Shown here: positions 1 to 8,336 of the stretch, piece after piece
Position numbering within the stretch: position 1 is the stretch's first letter
How the letters are laid out: each line of letters begins with the position of its first letter
Assembly: GCA_029262315.1 (NCBI GenBank)
Contig: JAJCZP010000168.1
Location: 10,825-74,824 of the forward strand
Source of the DNA: Deltaproteobacteria bacterium
GTDB taxonomy: Bacteria; Desulfobacterota; Binatia; UTPRO1
Length of the DNA: 64,000 nt
Reading direction: 5' to 3'
The notes under the pieces: generated by a model
The model's database searches: none
The model's input: the letters and a program-made list of their open reading frames with translations, nothing else
What the model was told of the DNA's origin: nothing
Translations under genes and position numbers: made by a program

Positions 1-880
1 TGACATCCGCACGTGCCGTGCTGGGCTCCGACTCGAACCACTCCACCATCAGCTTGTTGACGTCGTCCGGGTGATCCAGCATCGACCAGTGACCGCCCTG
101 GATGATCTCGACGCGGCACTCGGCGTCCATGTACCGGGGTGTGTCGATGGCCTGCGTCTTCCACAGGAACATGTCGTCCTCGGGGAAGATCACCATGGTC
201 GGCACCTTGCAGTTCGGCAAGCTGTTCGGGTCCTTGGCTTGTGCCAGATAGTCCATCGGAACGTGGTTGGCCCTGTCATAGTTGAGCCACTCGATGCGGC
301 CGGTCTGCTTGACGGCCTCGATGACCTTCTCCGCCTCGGGGTGCTGGCAGAAGAAACTGCGGAAGAACCTGAAATCGTTCGCCATGTAGAGTTCTTCCAT
401 CCCATTGAGACAGTGCATGTACATGTACCAGTTGGCCTTGAGGCACTCATACATCCGTTCCGGGGTTTCATGGGCCTGGCCGAAAACGCACCGCAGGTGG
501 CCAACCGACATGGAAATGAACTTGCGGAACAGTTCCGGGCGTTGGAGGACCATGGGCCATGTGATGGCGGAACCCCAGTCATGGCCCATCAGACAAATGT
601 CCTTGAGGTCCAGCTGGTCGATGATCTCGAACATGTGCCCGATGACCTTCTCGACCTTGTACGCCTCGACCTCCACCGGCCGGTCGGTCCCTCCGTAGCC
701 GAGGGTGTCCGGCACGACCACGCGGTAGCCCGCCTTCAGCAGCGCCGGCGCCTGGTACTTCCAGCAGCTGCCGTCGTCGGGCATGCCGTGGACGAGGAAC
801 GCGACCTTGTCGCCCTCGCCCTGGTCGCTCACGTGATAGTTGTAGCCACCGATCTTCATCGTCTTGCCTGGTAGACTCAT
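1..880 (-). CDS. alpha/beta-hydrolase fold protein (epoxide-hydrolase-like); 3' end runs off window start
   Basis: Reverse-strand translation from ATG at 878-880 gives MSLPGKTMKIGGYNYHV...FLVHGMPDD...MGHDWGSAITW...GGHW. HG oxyanion motif and GHDWG nucleophile elbow are typical of the alpha/beta hydrolase / epoxide hydrolase family. The plus-strand ORF 71..874 is its antisense shadow. Confidence 0.7.
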   Translation of the reverse strand, partial: MSLPGKTMKIGGYNYHVSDQGEGDKVAFLVHGMPDDGSCWKYQAPALLKAGYRVVVPDTLGYGGTDRPVEVEAYKVEKVIGHMFEIIDQLDLKDICLMGHDWGSAITWPMVLQRPELFRKFISMSVGHLRCVFGQAHETPERMYECLKANWYMYMHCLNGMEELYMANDFRFFRSFFCQHPEAEKVIEAVKQTGRIEWLNYDRANHVPMDYLAQAKDPNSLPNCKVPTMVIFPEDDMFLWKTQAIDTPRYMDAECRVEIIQGGHWSMLDHPDDVNKLMVEWFESEPSTARADV

Positions 881-955
881 TCTCGGATCCCTTCCTTTCT
901 TTGAGAATACGGCTGCGGTCCACACGAAGACCGCCCGCTTCGAATGCGCCACCAA

Positions 956-989
956 CCTAGGGATGGGCAGGACCGTTCACATCCCTAGG
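956..989. promoter_or_regulatory. 10-bp perfect inverted repeat (cctagggatg N14 catccctagg) upstream of hydrolase start
   Basis: Read directly from sequence. It lies ~75-110 nt upstream of the minus-strand start at 880. Candidate operator or hairpin. Confidence 0.25.
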
Positions 990-1083
990 AACGGGGGAAA
1001 AACGGGGGACCACCTGGGGGAGTGCTCATCGTCGCCGACCCGGATGCCTCTGACGAAGAGGGTCGCCTCATGCTCCTCGGAAG

Positions 1084-1416
1084 CGGGTCGGGGACATCTC
1101 GGAGGACGCCTTGGCACAGCTGGGGCGATACGCGTTCCCCGGCAACATACGAGAGCTCGAGAACGAGCTGGAGCGGGCGATCCTTCTGGCCGATCCCGGG
1201 GCCGATCTCACGGAGGATCTGCTCTCGGATCATGTTCAGGATGGCGCCGGGGCTGACGCCCCGGCAAGCGCTCTAGACCGTCGCACTGCAGACTTCCAGC
1301 GGAAAGAGATCGAAGAAGCACTCAAACGGGCAGATAACGTCAAGACACGTGCCGCTGAACAACTCGGGATCACCACTCGCGGCCTCAGCAAGAAGATGCA
1401 CCGGCTGGGGATGTAG
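1084..1416 (+). pseudogene. C-terminal remnant of a sigma-54-dependent (NtrC-family) transcriptional activator
   Basis: Translation ...ISEDALAQLGRYAFPGNIRELENELERAILLA...AAEQLGITTRGLSKKMHRLGM. This is the AAA+ C-terminal 'PGNIRELEN' motif plus a Fis-type HTH. An in-frame stop lies immediately upstream (approx. 1051-1053), so there is no N-terminal receiver or AAA+ domain. Only about 110 aa remain. Confidence 0.6.
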
Positions 1417-1740
1417 CTCATCCGAAGGTCAACCGTTGCACCGCCGTGGATAGGCGAGGACCCACGGTATCTGAGCGGCGTCCATGCACCCGACCTCGAA
1501 GTCGCTGATGCAGCGCACGGAATCGATCAGGTCTACGATGGTCGCCACGTCCGCTTCGCAGGTCGCTCCGAGCGGGCCTCTCGCTCCACCGCCCACATAG
1601 CCGTCCTGGGCAAGGTGCCCTTGGGCATACGCGAGTGCTCGCCTACTGCGAGCGCGACACTATAGCGTTCGTCGAACTCCACGCCGCGTCGCGAAAGATA
1701 GGCCGCTAGCTCGATGTCGCCACCGGGAGGCTACGGCGCC

Positions 1741-2844
1741 TCATCCCGATCGCTTCTTTCTGAGCACACCCAGAGTCCGCTCCACCGTGGAGGCCGACCA
1801 TGGGTTACCCTGCTGCGTTCTGCCGCCAACGGCATCGAAACGCGCGGCAATCTCCACAGGCGTCAATCCGGCGTCAGCGAGGGCACGCATCTCCCTATGG
1901 AAGTAGGCTGGGAGCAGCACTTCGAAGGACGTTTCTCGGGCGCCGTCCTCCCAGTGGATGCGACCCCAGATACGCTCACGGTCCCGTCCCTCGATCAGAA
2001 TGGCCTGGACGGCGATCCGGAGAAGCTCCTTCTGGTCGCGCGCCTGGGTGGTTGGGGCAAACCAGATCGCACGAACGTCCCCGCAAATGGCCTCGACCTC
2101 CCTCCACTTCTCGTCCGAGAAGTCGTCTCCGATTCGATCCTCGCCAGCGGCAGCGCCTCCGCGTTCCATCTGCTCAACGCGCTCCGCCAGAGCCTCGATC
2201 TGACTTTCCAGCATCTCACGAACTCGGCGACGGTCCGGTCGACAGGTGGCGTACAGCGCGCCCAGACGATCGAACTCTTCGCGAAGTCGACGAAGCTCAT
2301 GCTGATGTCGTGTACCGGCTCGCCGCTGCTGGCGACGCCGCTCTTCCCAGAGGCGACGTACCTCTGGAATGGAAGGCCCCTGTAAATGATCCAGGAGAAG
2401 CTCAGCGACCCTCGCCTCGAAAGCGAGTCCTGGCATCGATATGCAGGCAGGACCTCCGCTCAGAAGATCTCCCATGCACCGTAGTTGGTACGACTTTGCG
2501 CGCTTCGAAGCGGAGGCCGCATACGCCACGCTCATGACGTGCTCGTCGTGACGCACGCAGCGAACGAGACCCTGCACAAGCGCAGGGCCTCGGCCCAAGG
2601 TCGAGTGGCGCGGGGTGTGGGCGTTTCGCGCGAGGATGCGGAGGTTCTCCTCGAATTCCTCGCGCGAGATGTAGCCCTCGTGATGGCCGAGCACCTCGAC
2701 CCACTGCCCGAACAGGCGCCCATTCACGACGGTGACCCCCTCCGCGCGCTCTTCCGCTTGTTGACCATTCCGTAGACGTAATCGCCGCAGAAGGCAGGGT
2801 GCCTGATCAAGTAGCGGACGCGCGCAACGGTTGGCGCGACCCAA
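1741..2844 (-). CDS. large serine recombinase, C-terminal part (recombinase domain, zinc-ribbon, coiled-coil); frame-shifted relative to the N-terminal ORF
   Basis: HEGYISREEFEENLRIL..., Cys-containing segment YQLRCMGDLLSGGPAC, and long Arg/Glu-rich coiled-coil are typical of large serine recombinases. It overlaps the 2724..3554 ORF in a different frame. Confidence 0.6.
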   Translation of the reverse strand: MGRANRCARPLLDQAPCLLRRLRLRNGQQAEERAEGVTVVNGRLFGQWVEVLGHHEGYISREEFEENLRILARNAHTPRHSTLGRGPALVQGLVRCVRHDEHVMSVAYAASASKRAKSYQLRCMGDLLSGGPACISMPGLAFEARVAELLLDHLQGPSIPEVRRLWEERRRQQRRAGTRHQHELRRLREEFDRLGALYATCRPDRRRVREMLESQIEALAERVEQMERGGAAAGEDRIGDDFSDEKWREVEAICGDVRAIWFAPTTQARDQKELLRIAVQAILIEGRDRERIWGRIHWEDGARETSFEVLLPAYFHREMRALADAGLTPVEIAARFDAVGGRTQQGNPWSASTVERTLGVLRKKRSG

Positions 2845-3554
2845 GCCACGCCGGACCCGCGCTTGGCTGGAATCTCGAGTCCGCGCCTTTTCAGCTCCCG
2901 TACCGTCTGCACGAGCGAGCGCACGGCGCGGAACACCTCGAACACCGACGCAACGGCCGTCCGGACCCGCTTGTCGGGATCCTTCCGCCAGCGACCCGTC
3001 CTGACTTCACGATCGCCCGAGCGCTCGTAGATCGCGCGATAGCCAACAGGCGGACGACTCACCGCCCGCCTATCTCGCACCTTGGCGATCCTGCCACGAT
3101 GCATGTTCTCGGTCCGGAGCTCGTTGTCACGCCCAGCGACGATCGCCTCGATCTGCTTCACGAACACTTGCGCCGAGTCGTGGGGATCGACGAGTCGACC
3201 GTCCACGATCAGCAAGACGTCGTGCGCCGCCAGCAGGCGTAGGAACAAGATCCATTCGACTGGGTCGCGGCCCGCTCGGCTGACATCCGAAATCAGGACG
3301 GCGCCCAGCTCGCCGCGCCGGATCATCGCCAGGAGCCTCTGGTAGCCCGGCCGCTTCGCCGTCATGCCGCTGAGCCCGAGGTCATCGTCGATCATGACGA
3401 TGTCGCGCTCCGACCACCCCAGGCGGAGCGCGTGCTCACGCTGTCCCTCTTGGTATCGCCGGCTGCCCTCGTTCTCTCTGACCTGCTCCAGCGTCGACTG
3501 CCGCTGGTATACGCCAGCCTTCTTCTTCAAGTACCGCTCTTCGATCTTCGTCAT
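2724..3554 (-). CDS. large serine recombinase, N-terminal part (resolvase/invertase catalytic domain plus start of recombinase domain)
   Basis: AGVYQRQSTLEQ carries the catalytic Ser. VLISDVSRAGRD, then ...NPAFCGDYVYG recombinase-domain motif. The ORF ends at 2724 while the continuation is in another frame (1741..2844). This is either a frameshifted pseudogene or a sequencing indel. Confidence 0.7.
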   Translation of the reverse strand: MTKIEERYLKKKAGVYQRQSTLEQVRENEGSRRYQEGQREHALRLGWSERDIVMIDDDLGLSGMTAKRPGYQRLLAMIRRGELGAVLISDVSRAGRDPVEWILFLRLLAAHDVLLIVDGRLVDPHDSAQVFVKQIEAIVAGRDNELRTENMHRGRIAKVRDRRAVSRPPVGYRAIYERSGDREVRTGRWRKDPDKRVRTAVASVFEVFRAVRSLVQTVRELKRRGLEIPAKRGSGVAWVAPTVARVRYLIRHPAFCGDYVYGMVNKRKSARRGSPS

Positions 3555-3743
3555 CGCTGCTTCCCTCCCCTACTCCTAGGTGCGCGCCCAGCACGCAGTT
3601 CTCGCCCTTTGGCCCCTGCCTTCCCCCGAGTCGCAGGGGGGAGCGCGACAACGCCCCCGTGCACCGCCTTGATCGCGAGATGCGCTAGCAACCTGACGGC
3701 GTCCGCCTTCCGCTTGTCGGCCTCCATGGGATGGACGACTAGC

Positions 3744-3783
3744 GCATGAGCTAACATGTTTCAAAAATTGTATGATCTCATGC
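3744..3783. promoter_or_regulatory. AT-rich imperfect inverted repeat (gcatgag N26 ctcatgc) in an otherwise GC-rich region; candidate att/recombinase or promoter site
   Basis: Seen in sequence, ~190-235 nt upstream of the serine recombinase start. Includes an ATGCAT palindrome at 3780-3785. Confidence 0.25.
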
Positions 3784-3961
3784 ATCGTATATCTCCGCTG
3801 TTACTTCGCGGGCTTACGCACGGTCGGCCTCGGCGCGGATCGTCTCGCCTCCAGATCCGTGAGGAGCTGGTGGAGGGCCCGAACCGACACGACTGCGCGG
3901 TCGAGGTCGCACCCTCGGCGGTTGTCGCCTCGCCGGTCGATGGGACCTTCCCGAACGCGAC

Positions 3962-4180
3962 TCATCGCAGCTTCCCCGTACCCGGCTGCGGAGTCCGATC
4001 GGTGGAGCCCTCAAGATCCTTCCCCTGGAGGAACTCCTCTAGAGCAGCGCGGGGCACGACGAAGCGACGCCCGACCCGAACAACCGGTATCTGCCCTTGG
4101 CGAGCTGCCTCGTAGGCACAGCTACGCCCTATCCCGAGGACCTGGGCCGCCTCTTCCACTGTCAGGGTCTCCCTCTCCAT
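3962..4180 (-). CDS. excisionase / AlpA-like helix-turn-helix DNA-binding protein
   Basis: 72 aa. LTVEEAAQVLGIGRSCAYEAARQGQIPVVRVGRRFVVPRAALEEFL matches the excisionase-family HTH_17 pattern. Confidence 0.7.
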   Translation of the reverse strand: MERETLTVEEAAQVLGIGRSCAYEAARQGQIPVVRVGRRFVVPRAALEEFLQGKDLEGSTDRTPQPGTGKLR

Positions 4181-4267
4181 CCCCTCACCTCACTGCTGAC
4201 CCTTGAACTTATAGCGATCGGCTACTAGTAAGGTAACACGCTTTCTCGCACATAAACGTCACGGAGG

Positions 4268-5353
4268 ATGGGGATGATAGATGAGGTCGTGAGGCGAGAG
4301 TTGTTCGACTTCTGCTGGGACGTGCACGTGGACGGCTACACGTTGCTCAAGACGAAGACGGTGAAGAACCGCCCCCCGCTAGTTCGCCCTACACGTCCCA
4401 GGGGCGACGCTGAGCAGGATGTCCATGAACTCGACAAGGAACGGTCACGACCCGCGCTGTTCATCACTAGTGGCCTCCCGCTCGAAGCTCAGGGATTCAA
4501 GCTGAGGAGGTTCGCCCCGCTCGCCGAGACCGGGTTGTTCCGCGAATTCGCGGGGACGGCACCTACACCAGAGGGAGTCCTGGCATTCGCTAACAAGTAT
4601 GGCCTCCTCGGCGGCAGGGTTGCGGCCGAGATCGAGCTTGACCGGCAAGCCGGTCGTGCCGCCGCTCTGGGTGAACCGCTGAGTGCCTGGCGCGATCAGA
4701 TCTTCTTCATTCGCGAGGCTCTGAGGCTCTGGGAGGATACTCGCGCGGGCAATGTCGAACGCCTCGCCAAGGTGATCCGCAAGCGAGAGGTTAGCGGCGA
4801 CGAAGGCGTCGAGTACCAAGCAGAGGAACACCCCAGCAATGAGGTCGGGTTCCCATGCTGGTACGAGAAAATCGCCACGAGAAACGTTTACTCGGACATC
4901 CTCGAGGCTTTTCCGCCAGGTGACTTGATCAAACCCGCGCTCTACCTCGTCCAGCGATGGGTGAACCGGCATCTAGAGGGAAACGTCTCACCCCTGATGC
5001 TGTGGGACAAGCACCGCTTGCGCCTGCAGCTGTACGTCGTGCCGCACAACCTGCTTGGCGCACTCTGGCTGCAGCTTGCTCGAGCGATCGAGGGAGACAA
5101 GATGTACCGCCAGTGCGGGGCCTGTATGAAGTGGTTCGAACTCTCCCCGGACACGGCCCGAACGAATCGGAAATTCTGCTCGAACGCCTGTCGGTCACGC
5201 GACTATCGCGAGCGCACTGCTGCCAGCATGCCTGCCGCTTCCCGAGGGCCTTCTGCCGACCCGCCCGCAAGACGGGAGAAGCCGACATCGCGACGTCAGC
5301 AAGGAAAGGCCGGGGCATCGAGAAGCCGGACCCGGAAGGGAGCAACCAAATGA
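4268..5353 (+). CDS. hypothetical protein with C-terminal zf-CGNR-like zinc ribbon and basic tail
   Basis: C-terminus YRQCGACMKWFELSPDTARTNRKFCSNACRSRDYRER resembles the CGNR zinc finger (C-x2-C ... RxxxFCS.ACRxRxYR). Its stop overlaps the integrase ATG (ATGA), implying translational coupling. An AT-rich divergent promoter region lies at 4181-4267. Confidence 0.5.
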   Translation: MGMIDEVVRRELFDFCWDVHVDGYTLLKTKTVKNRPPLVRPTRPRGDAEQDVHELDKERSRPALFITSGLPLEAQGFKLRRFAPLAETGLFREFAGTAPTPEGVLAFANKYGLLGGRVAAEIELDRQAGRAAALGEPLSAWRDQIFFIREALRLWEDTRAGNVERLAKVIRKREVSGDEGVEYQAEEHPSNEVGFPCWYEKIATRNVYSDILEAFPPGDLIKPALYLVQRWVNRHLEGNVSPLMLWDKHRLRLQLYVVPHNLLGALWLQLARAIEGDKMYRQCGACMKWFELSPDTARTNRKFCSNACRSRDYRERTAASMPAASRGPSADPPARREKPTSRRQQGKAGASRSRTRKGATK

Positions 5354-6519
5354 GGGGACACATTCGACAACGAGGGCAGAGGTCATGGGCGATCGTCCTC
5401 GATCTCGGTCGCGATGCACGAGGCAAGCGCCGACAGAAATGGCACAAGGTTGCCGGGACCAAGCGCGATGCCCAGCGAGAGCTTACTCGCCTACTTCGGG
5501 ATCTCGATACCGGCACCTACGTCGAGCCGTCGCAGATGACAGTCGGCACCTACCTCGAGAAGTGGCTGCGCGACTACGCGAAAACCAACGTCTCCGCCAA
5601 GACATTCGAACGCTATGCCGAGATCGCCCGCGTCCACCTCATCCCTGCGCTCGGCCACTTGCCTCTCGCAAGGATCCAGCCGCTTCATATCCAAGACTAC
5701 TACTCCGTCGCCCTAGAGAGCGGTCGTCGCGACGGCCACGGCGGGCTTTCTGCTCAAACGGTGCTCCATCATCATCGCCTGCTGCGGGCGGCCCTGCGCC
5801 AGGCGCTGAAGTGGCAGCTTCTCGGGCGGAACCCGGCCGACGCCGTCGAGCCTCCCCGGCCCAAACGTCCCGAAATGCGGGTCCTGGATGCAGCGGAAAC
5901 TGGTCGGCTCGTGGCGAGTACGAAGGGAACACGCCTATTCCTTCCTGTGCTGTTGGCCGTCACAACGGGCATGCGACGCGGAGAGATCCTTGGACTCCGT
6001 TGGAAGGACGTGGACTTGAAAAAGGCGACGCTGGCCGTACGACGGTCGCTCGAACAGACCAAGGGCGGCATTCAGTTCAAAGAACCGAAGACGCAGAAGG
6101 GGCGACGCGTGGTAGCTCTGCCAGAAATCGCCGTCGATGCCCTCCGCTCACACAAGACTCGGCAGGCAAAGCATCGCCTCCTATTGGGTCGTGTCTATGA
6201 GAATGGCGATCTCGTTTGCGCCAAGGAAAACGGTAAGCCGACCGTCCCCGCCGATCTCAGCAAGTCCTTCGCACGCCTTCTCGGTCGCCTGGAAGGCGAC
6301 GTCCCGCCGATTCGACTCCACGACCTCCGGCACACTCACGCGACACAATTGCTGCGCGAAGGCATCCACCCGAAGGTCGTTAGCGAGCGGCTCGGCCACT
6401 CGACGGTGGCTTTCACCCTCGACGTCTATTCCCATGTGCTGCCCAGCATGCAGGCTGATGCCGCCCGAAGCATCGACCGCGCACTTGCTCACACCGGAGT
6501 AGCGAACGACACCGATTGA
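5350..6519 (+). CDS. tyrosine-type site-specific integrase (phage integrase family)
   Basis: MRGHIRQRGQRSWAIVLDLG... has the N-terminal arm-binding/SAM-like organisation. Catalytic signature is RRGEILGLRWKDVDL...HDLRHTHAT...LGHSTVAFTLDVYSHV (R..HxxR..Y). The long ORF from 4957 is rejected because its upstream part is the out-of-frame tail of the preceding gene region. Confidence 0.85.
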   Translation: MRGHIRQRGQRSWAIVLDLGRDARGKRRQKWHKVAGTKRDAQRELTRLLRDLDTGTYVEPSQMTVGTYLEKWLRDYAKTNVSAKTFERYAEIARVHLIPALGHLPLARIQPLHIQDYYSVALESGRRDGHGGLSAQTVLHHHRLLRAALRQALKWQLLGRNPADAVEPPRPKRPEMRVLDAAETGRLVASTKGTRLFLPVLLAVTTGMRRGEILGLRWKDVDLKKATLAVRRSLEQTKGGIQFKEPKTQKGRRVVALPEIAVDALRSHKTRQAKHRLLLGRVYENGDLVCAKENGKPTVPADLSKSFARLLGRLEGDVPPIRLHDLRHTHATQLLREGIHPKVVSERLGHSTVAFTLDVYSHVLPSMQADAARSIDRALAHTGVANDTD

Positions 6520-6640
6520 TTTCGACCGCTTCGCGCGACGCTCCCGGCACGACTCTCCGCAAGCTGTTTCGTTCTGATACTCGTCGCACAGGCTCCCGCT
6601 TTCGATTGCGACGGCGCCGCCTTCCAGGTACCGGTGTCGC

Positions 6641-7732
6641 ATGGCCATCCGCCGGGTGCTCATCGAGAACTTCAGAAGCATCAAGAAATGCGAGTTCTTT
6701 CCAACCGACCTTTGCGCTCTTGTGGGGGAGAACAACGCGGGAAAGTCGAACATCCTCGAAGCGCTCGACCTAGTCCTCGGCAGGGACTTCGTAAGCGTGA
6801 ATACCTTCGCGGCATCTGACCACTTCAACCACGACCCAGCTGCGGACATCGTCATCGAAGTGGAGTTCGACCCACCGCTGAAGATCCAGCCGTTCAAGGG
6901 TAGCAGTCCCGTCGAGATCCCGGTTCTGCGCTACACTGTCACCCAGTTCAAGGTCGCAACGAAGCGCGGCAAGAAGGGCGACCCCAGACTGGATACGAAG
7001 TGCCTCGCTACCGACGGGAAGCCGGTTTTCATCCCACAAGAGGCTCCGAAGAAGGGCAAGAAGACGACTTTTGCTCCGCTGACGAACATCCCTCCAGAAG
7101 TCCGCGAGCAGATGCCGGTAATTTTCATAGGGACTGACCGAAGCCTTGATCGACAGCTTCCCTCAGCCGGTCGATGGTCGTTGCTTCGCCGGCTCCTTGA
7201 AGACGTGAACGATCGGCTGCGTGAGACTACCGTTACGGTCGAGAGCAACGGTAAGCTTGTGGAAAAGTCGGCTGTCGAGGTCTTCGAGGAGCAGCTCGCC
7301 TCTGCGCTCGGCACCCTTCGAATTCCGGAGTTCCAACAACTAGAGGAACTCCTGCGTGTACACGCACTCGAGAACCTCGGCTACGACCCCGAGCACGACG
7401 CGGACCGACTGCGCTTCCACTTCGGGCTCTTCGACTCGATGGCCTTCTACCGGACAGTCCGGCTTCTCTTCACAGAAGGAAGTCTCGAACTGGACGCGAC
7501 GCAAATGGGAGAGGGGGCGCAGAACGCACTCGTCATCGCGATCTTCCAGGCGTACGAGGCGCTGCGAAAGAAGGAAGCTGTCTTCCTCCTCGAGGAACCA
7601 GAGATGTTTCTACATCCGCATCGCCGTCGCTTCTTTTACCAAACCCTGCAACGCATCAGCGAGAACAACCAGATCCTCTACAGCACCCATTCTGCCAACT
7701 TCGTCTCGACGCCGGAATACGAGAACGTGTGA
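6641..7732 (+). CDS. OLD-family (overcoming lysogenization defect) ABC-type ATPase domain protein
   Basis: N-terminus IENFRSIKKCEFFPTDLCALVGENNAGKSNILEALDLVLG has the Walker A of the AAA_15/OLD family, cf. P2 Old. C-terminus AVFLLEEPEMFLHPHRRR...YSTHS has Walker B plus H-loop. It ends at TGA 7730-7732. Confidence 0.8.
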   Translation: MAIRRVLIENFRSIKKCEFFPTDLCALVGENNAGKSNILEALDLVLGRDFVSVNTFAASDHFNHDPAADIVIEVEFDPPLKIQPFKGSSPVEIPVLRYTVTQFKVATKRGKKGDPRLDTKCLATDGKPVFIPQEAPKKGKKTTFAPLTNIPPEVREQMPVIFIGTDRSLDRQLPSAGRWSLLRRLLEDVNDRLRETTVTVESNGKLVEKSAVEVFEEQLASALGTLRIPEFQQLEELLRVHALENLGYDPEHDADRLRFHFGLFDSMAFYRTVRLLFTEGSLELDATQMGEGAQNALVIAIFQAYEALRKKEAVFLLEEPEMFLHPHRRRFFYQTLQRISENNQILYSTHSANFVSTPEYENV

Positions 7733-7735
7733 CTC

Positions 7736-8320
7736 GTGTACCGGGATCCTTTCGAGTTCACGCAAGTACGAGCATCCTCACTCGAGCCAACTGAGCAACT
7801 CCGCGAGAAACTTCGTCAGGAACTGGACGCAGAACGCAACGAGCTATTCTTCGCGCGACACGTCATCCTCGTGGAAGGCGATACTGAGAAGCTGGCACTT
7901 CCGGAGTACGCGAGGCGTCTCGGGTTGAACCTCGACCGCGGGGGTTGCTCAATCGTGGAAGTTGGGGGGAAGCGGAACCTGCCCATGTTCCTAGACGTAG
8001 TCAGCTCTTTCGGCATCCCCGTTACCGTTGTCTTCGACACCGACTCGTCCGACTTCCCCAAGGGGAAACAAGACGAGGAGGAAGCCTTCAACGCCGAACT
8101 AAGCGCTCGCCAGAACGATTTAGTACGCGTCACCGAGGTCAGCCCAAAGTACGAGGCTGTTCTCCGCGACCAGATCGGCGACGCTACCTACCAAGCGCTC
8201 TGCCAGAAGTATCCGGGGGCCTCGAAACCGCGTCGGGCGCGACTGATCGCAGCCGACAACGAAGCACCCGTCCCCGCCCTCGCCAACGAGATCCTCAAAC
8301 CGCTCCTCGCACCGGAGTAG
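7736..8320 (+). CDS. OLD-family TOPRIM nuclease domain protein (in frame with upstream ATPase ORF, separated by one TGA)
   Basis: HVILVEGDTEKLALPEYARRLG...VVFDTDSSD are the TOPRIM glutamate and DxD motifs of OLD nucleases. GTG at 7736 is in the same frame as 6641..7732, 3 nt after its stop. Confidence 0.75.
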   Translation: MYRDPFEFTQVRASSLEPTEQLREKLRQELDAERNELFFARHVILVEGDTEKLALPEYARRLGLNLDRGGCSIVEVGGKRNLPMFLDVVSSFGIPVTVVFDTDSSDFPKGKQDEEEAFNAELSARQNDLVRVTEVSPKYEAVLRDQIGDATYQALCQKYPGASKPRRARLIAADNEAPVPALANEILKPLLAPE

Positions 8321-8336
8321 AACTCGGCTACCCGGT

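Noticed and set aside
71-874. 267-aa plus-strand ORF
   Set aside because: It is the antisense shadow of the minus-strand alpha/beta hydrolase (clear GHDWG/HG motifs). Its composition (Asp/Leu/Val/His-rich) is typical of high-GC mirror frames.
4957-6519. 520-aa ORF as integrase
   Set aside because: The first 131 residues are Arg/Ala-rich and overlap the 3' end of the preceding gene in another frame. The integrase proper starts at ATG 5350 (MRGHIRQRGQRSW...).
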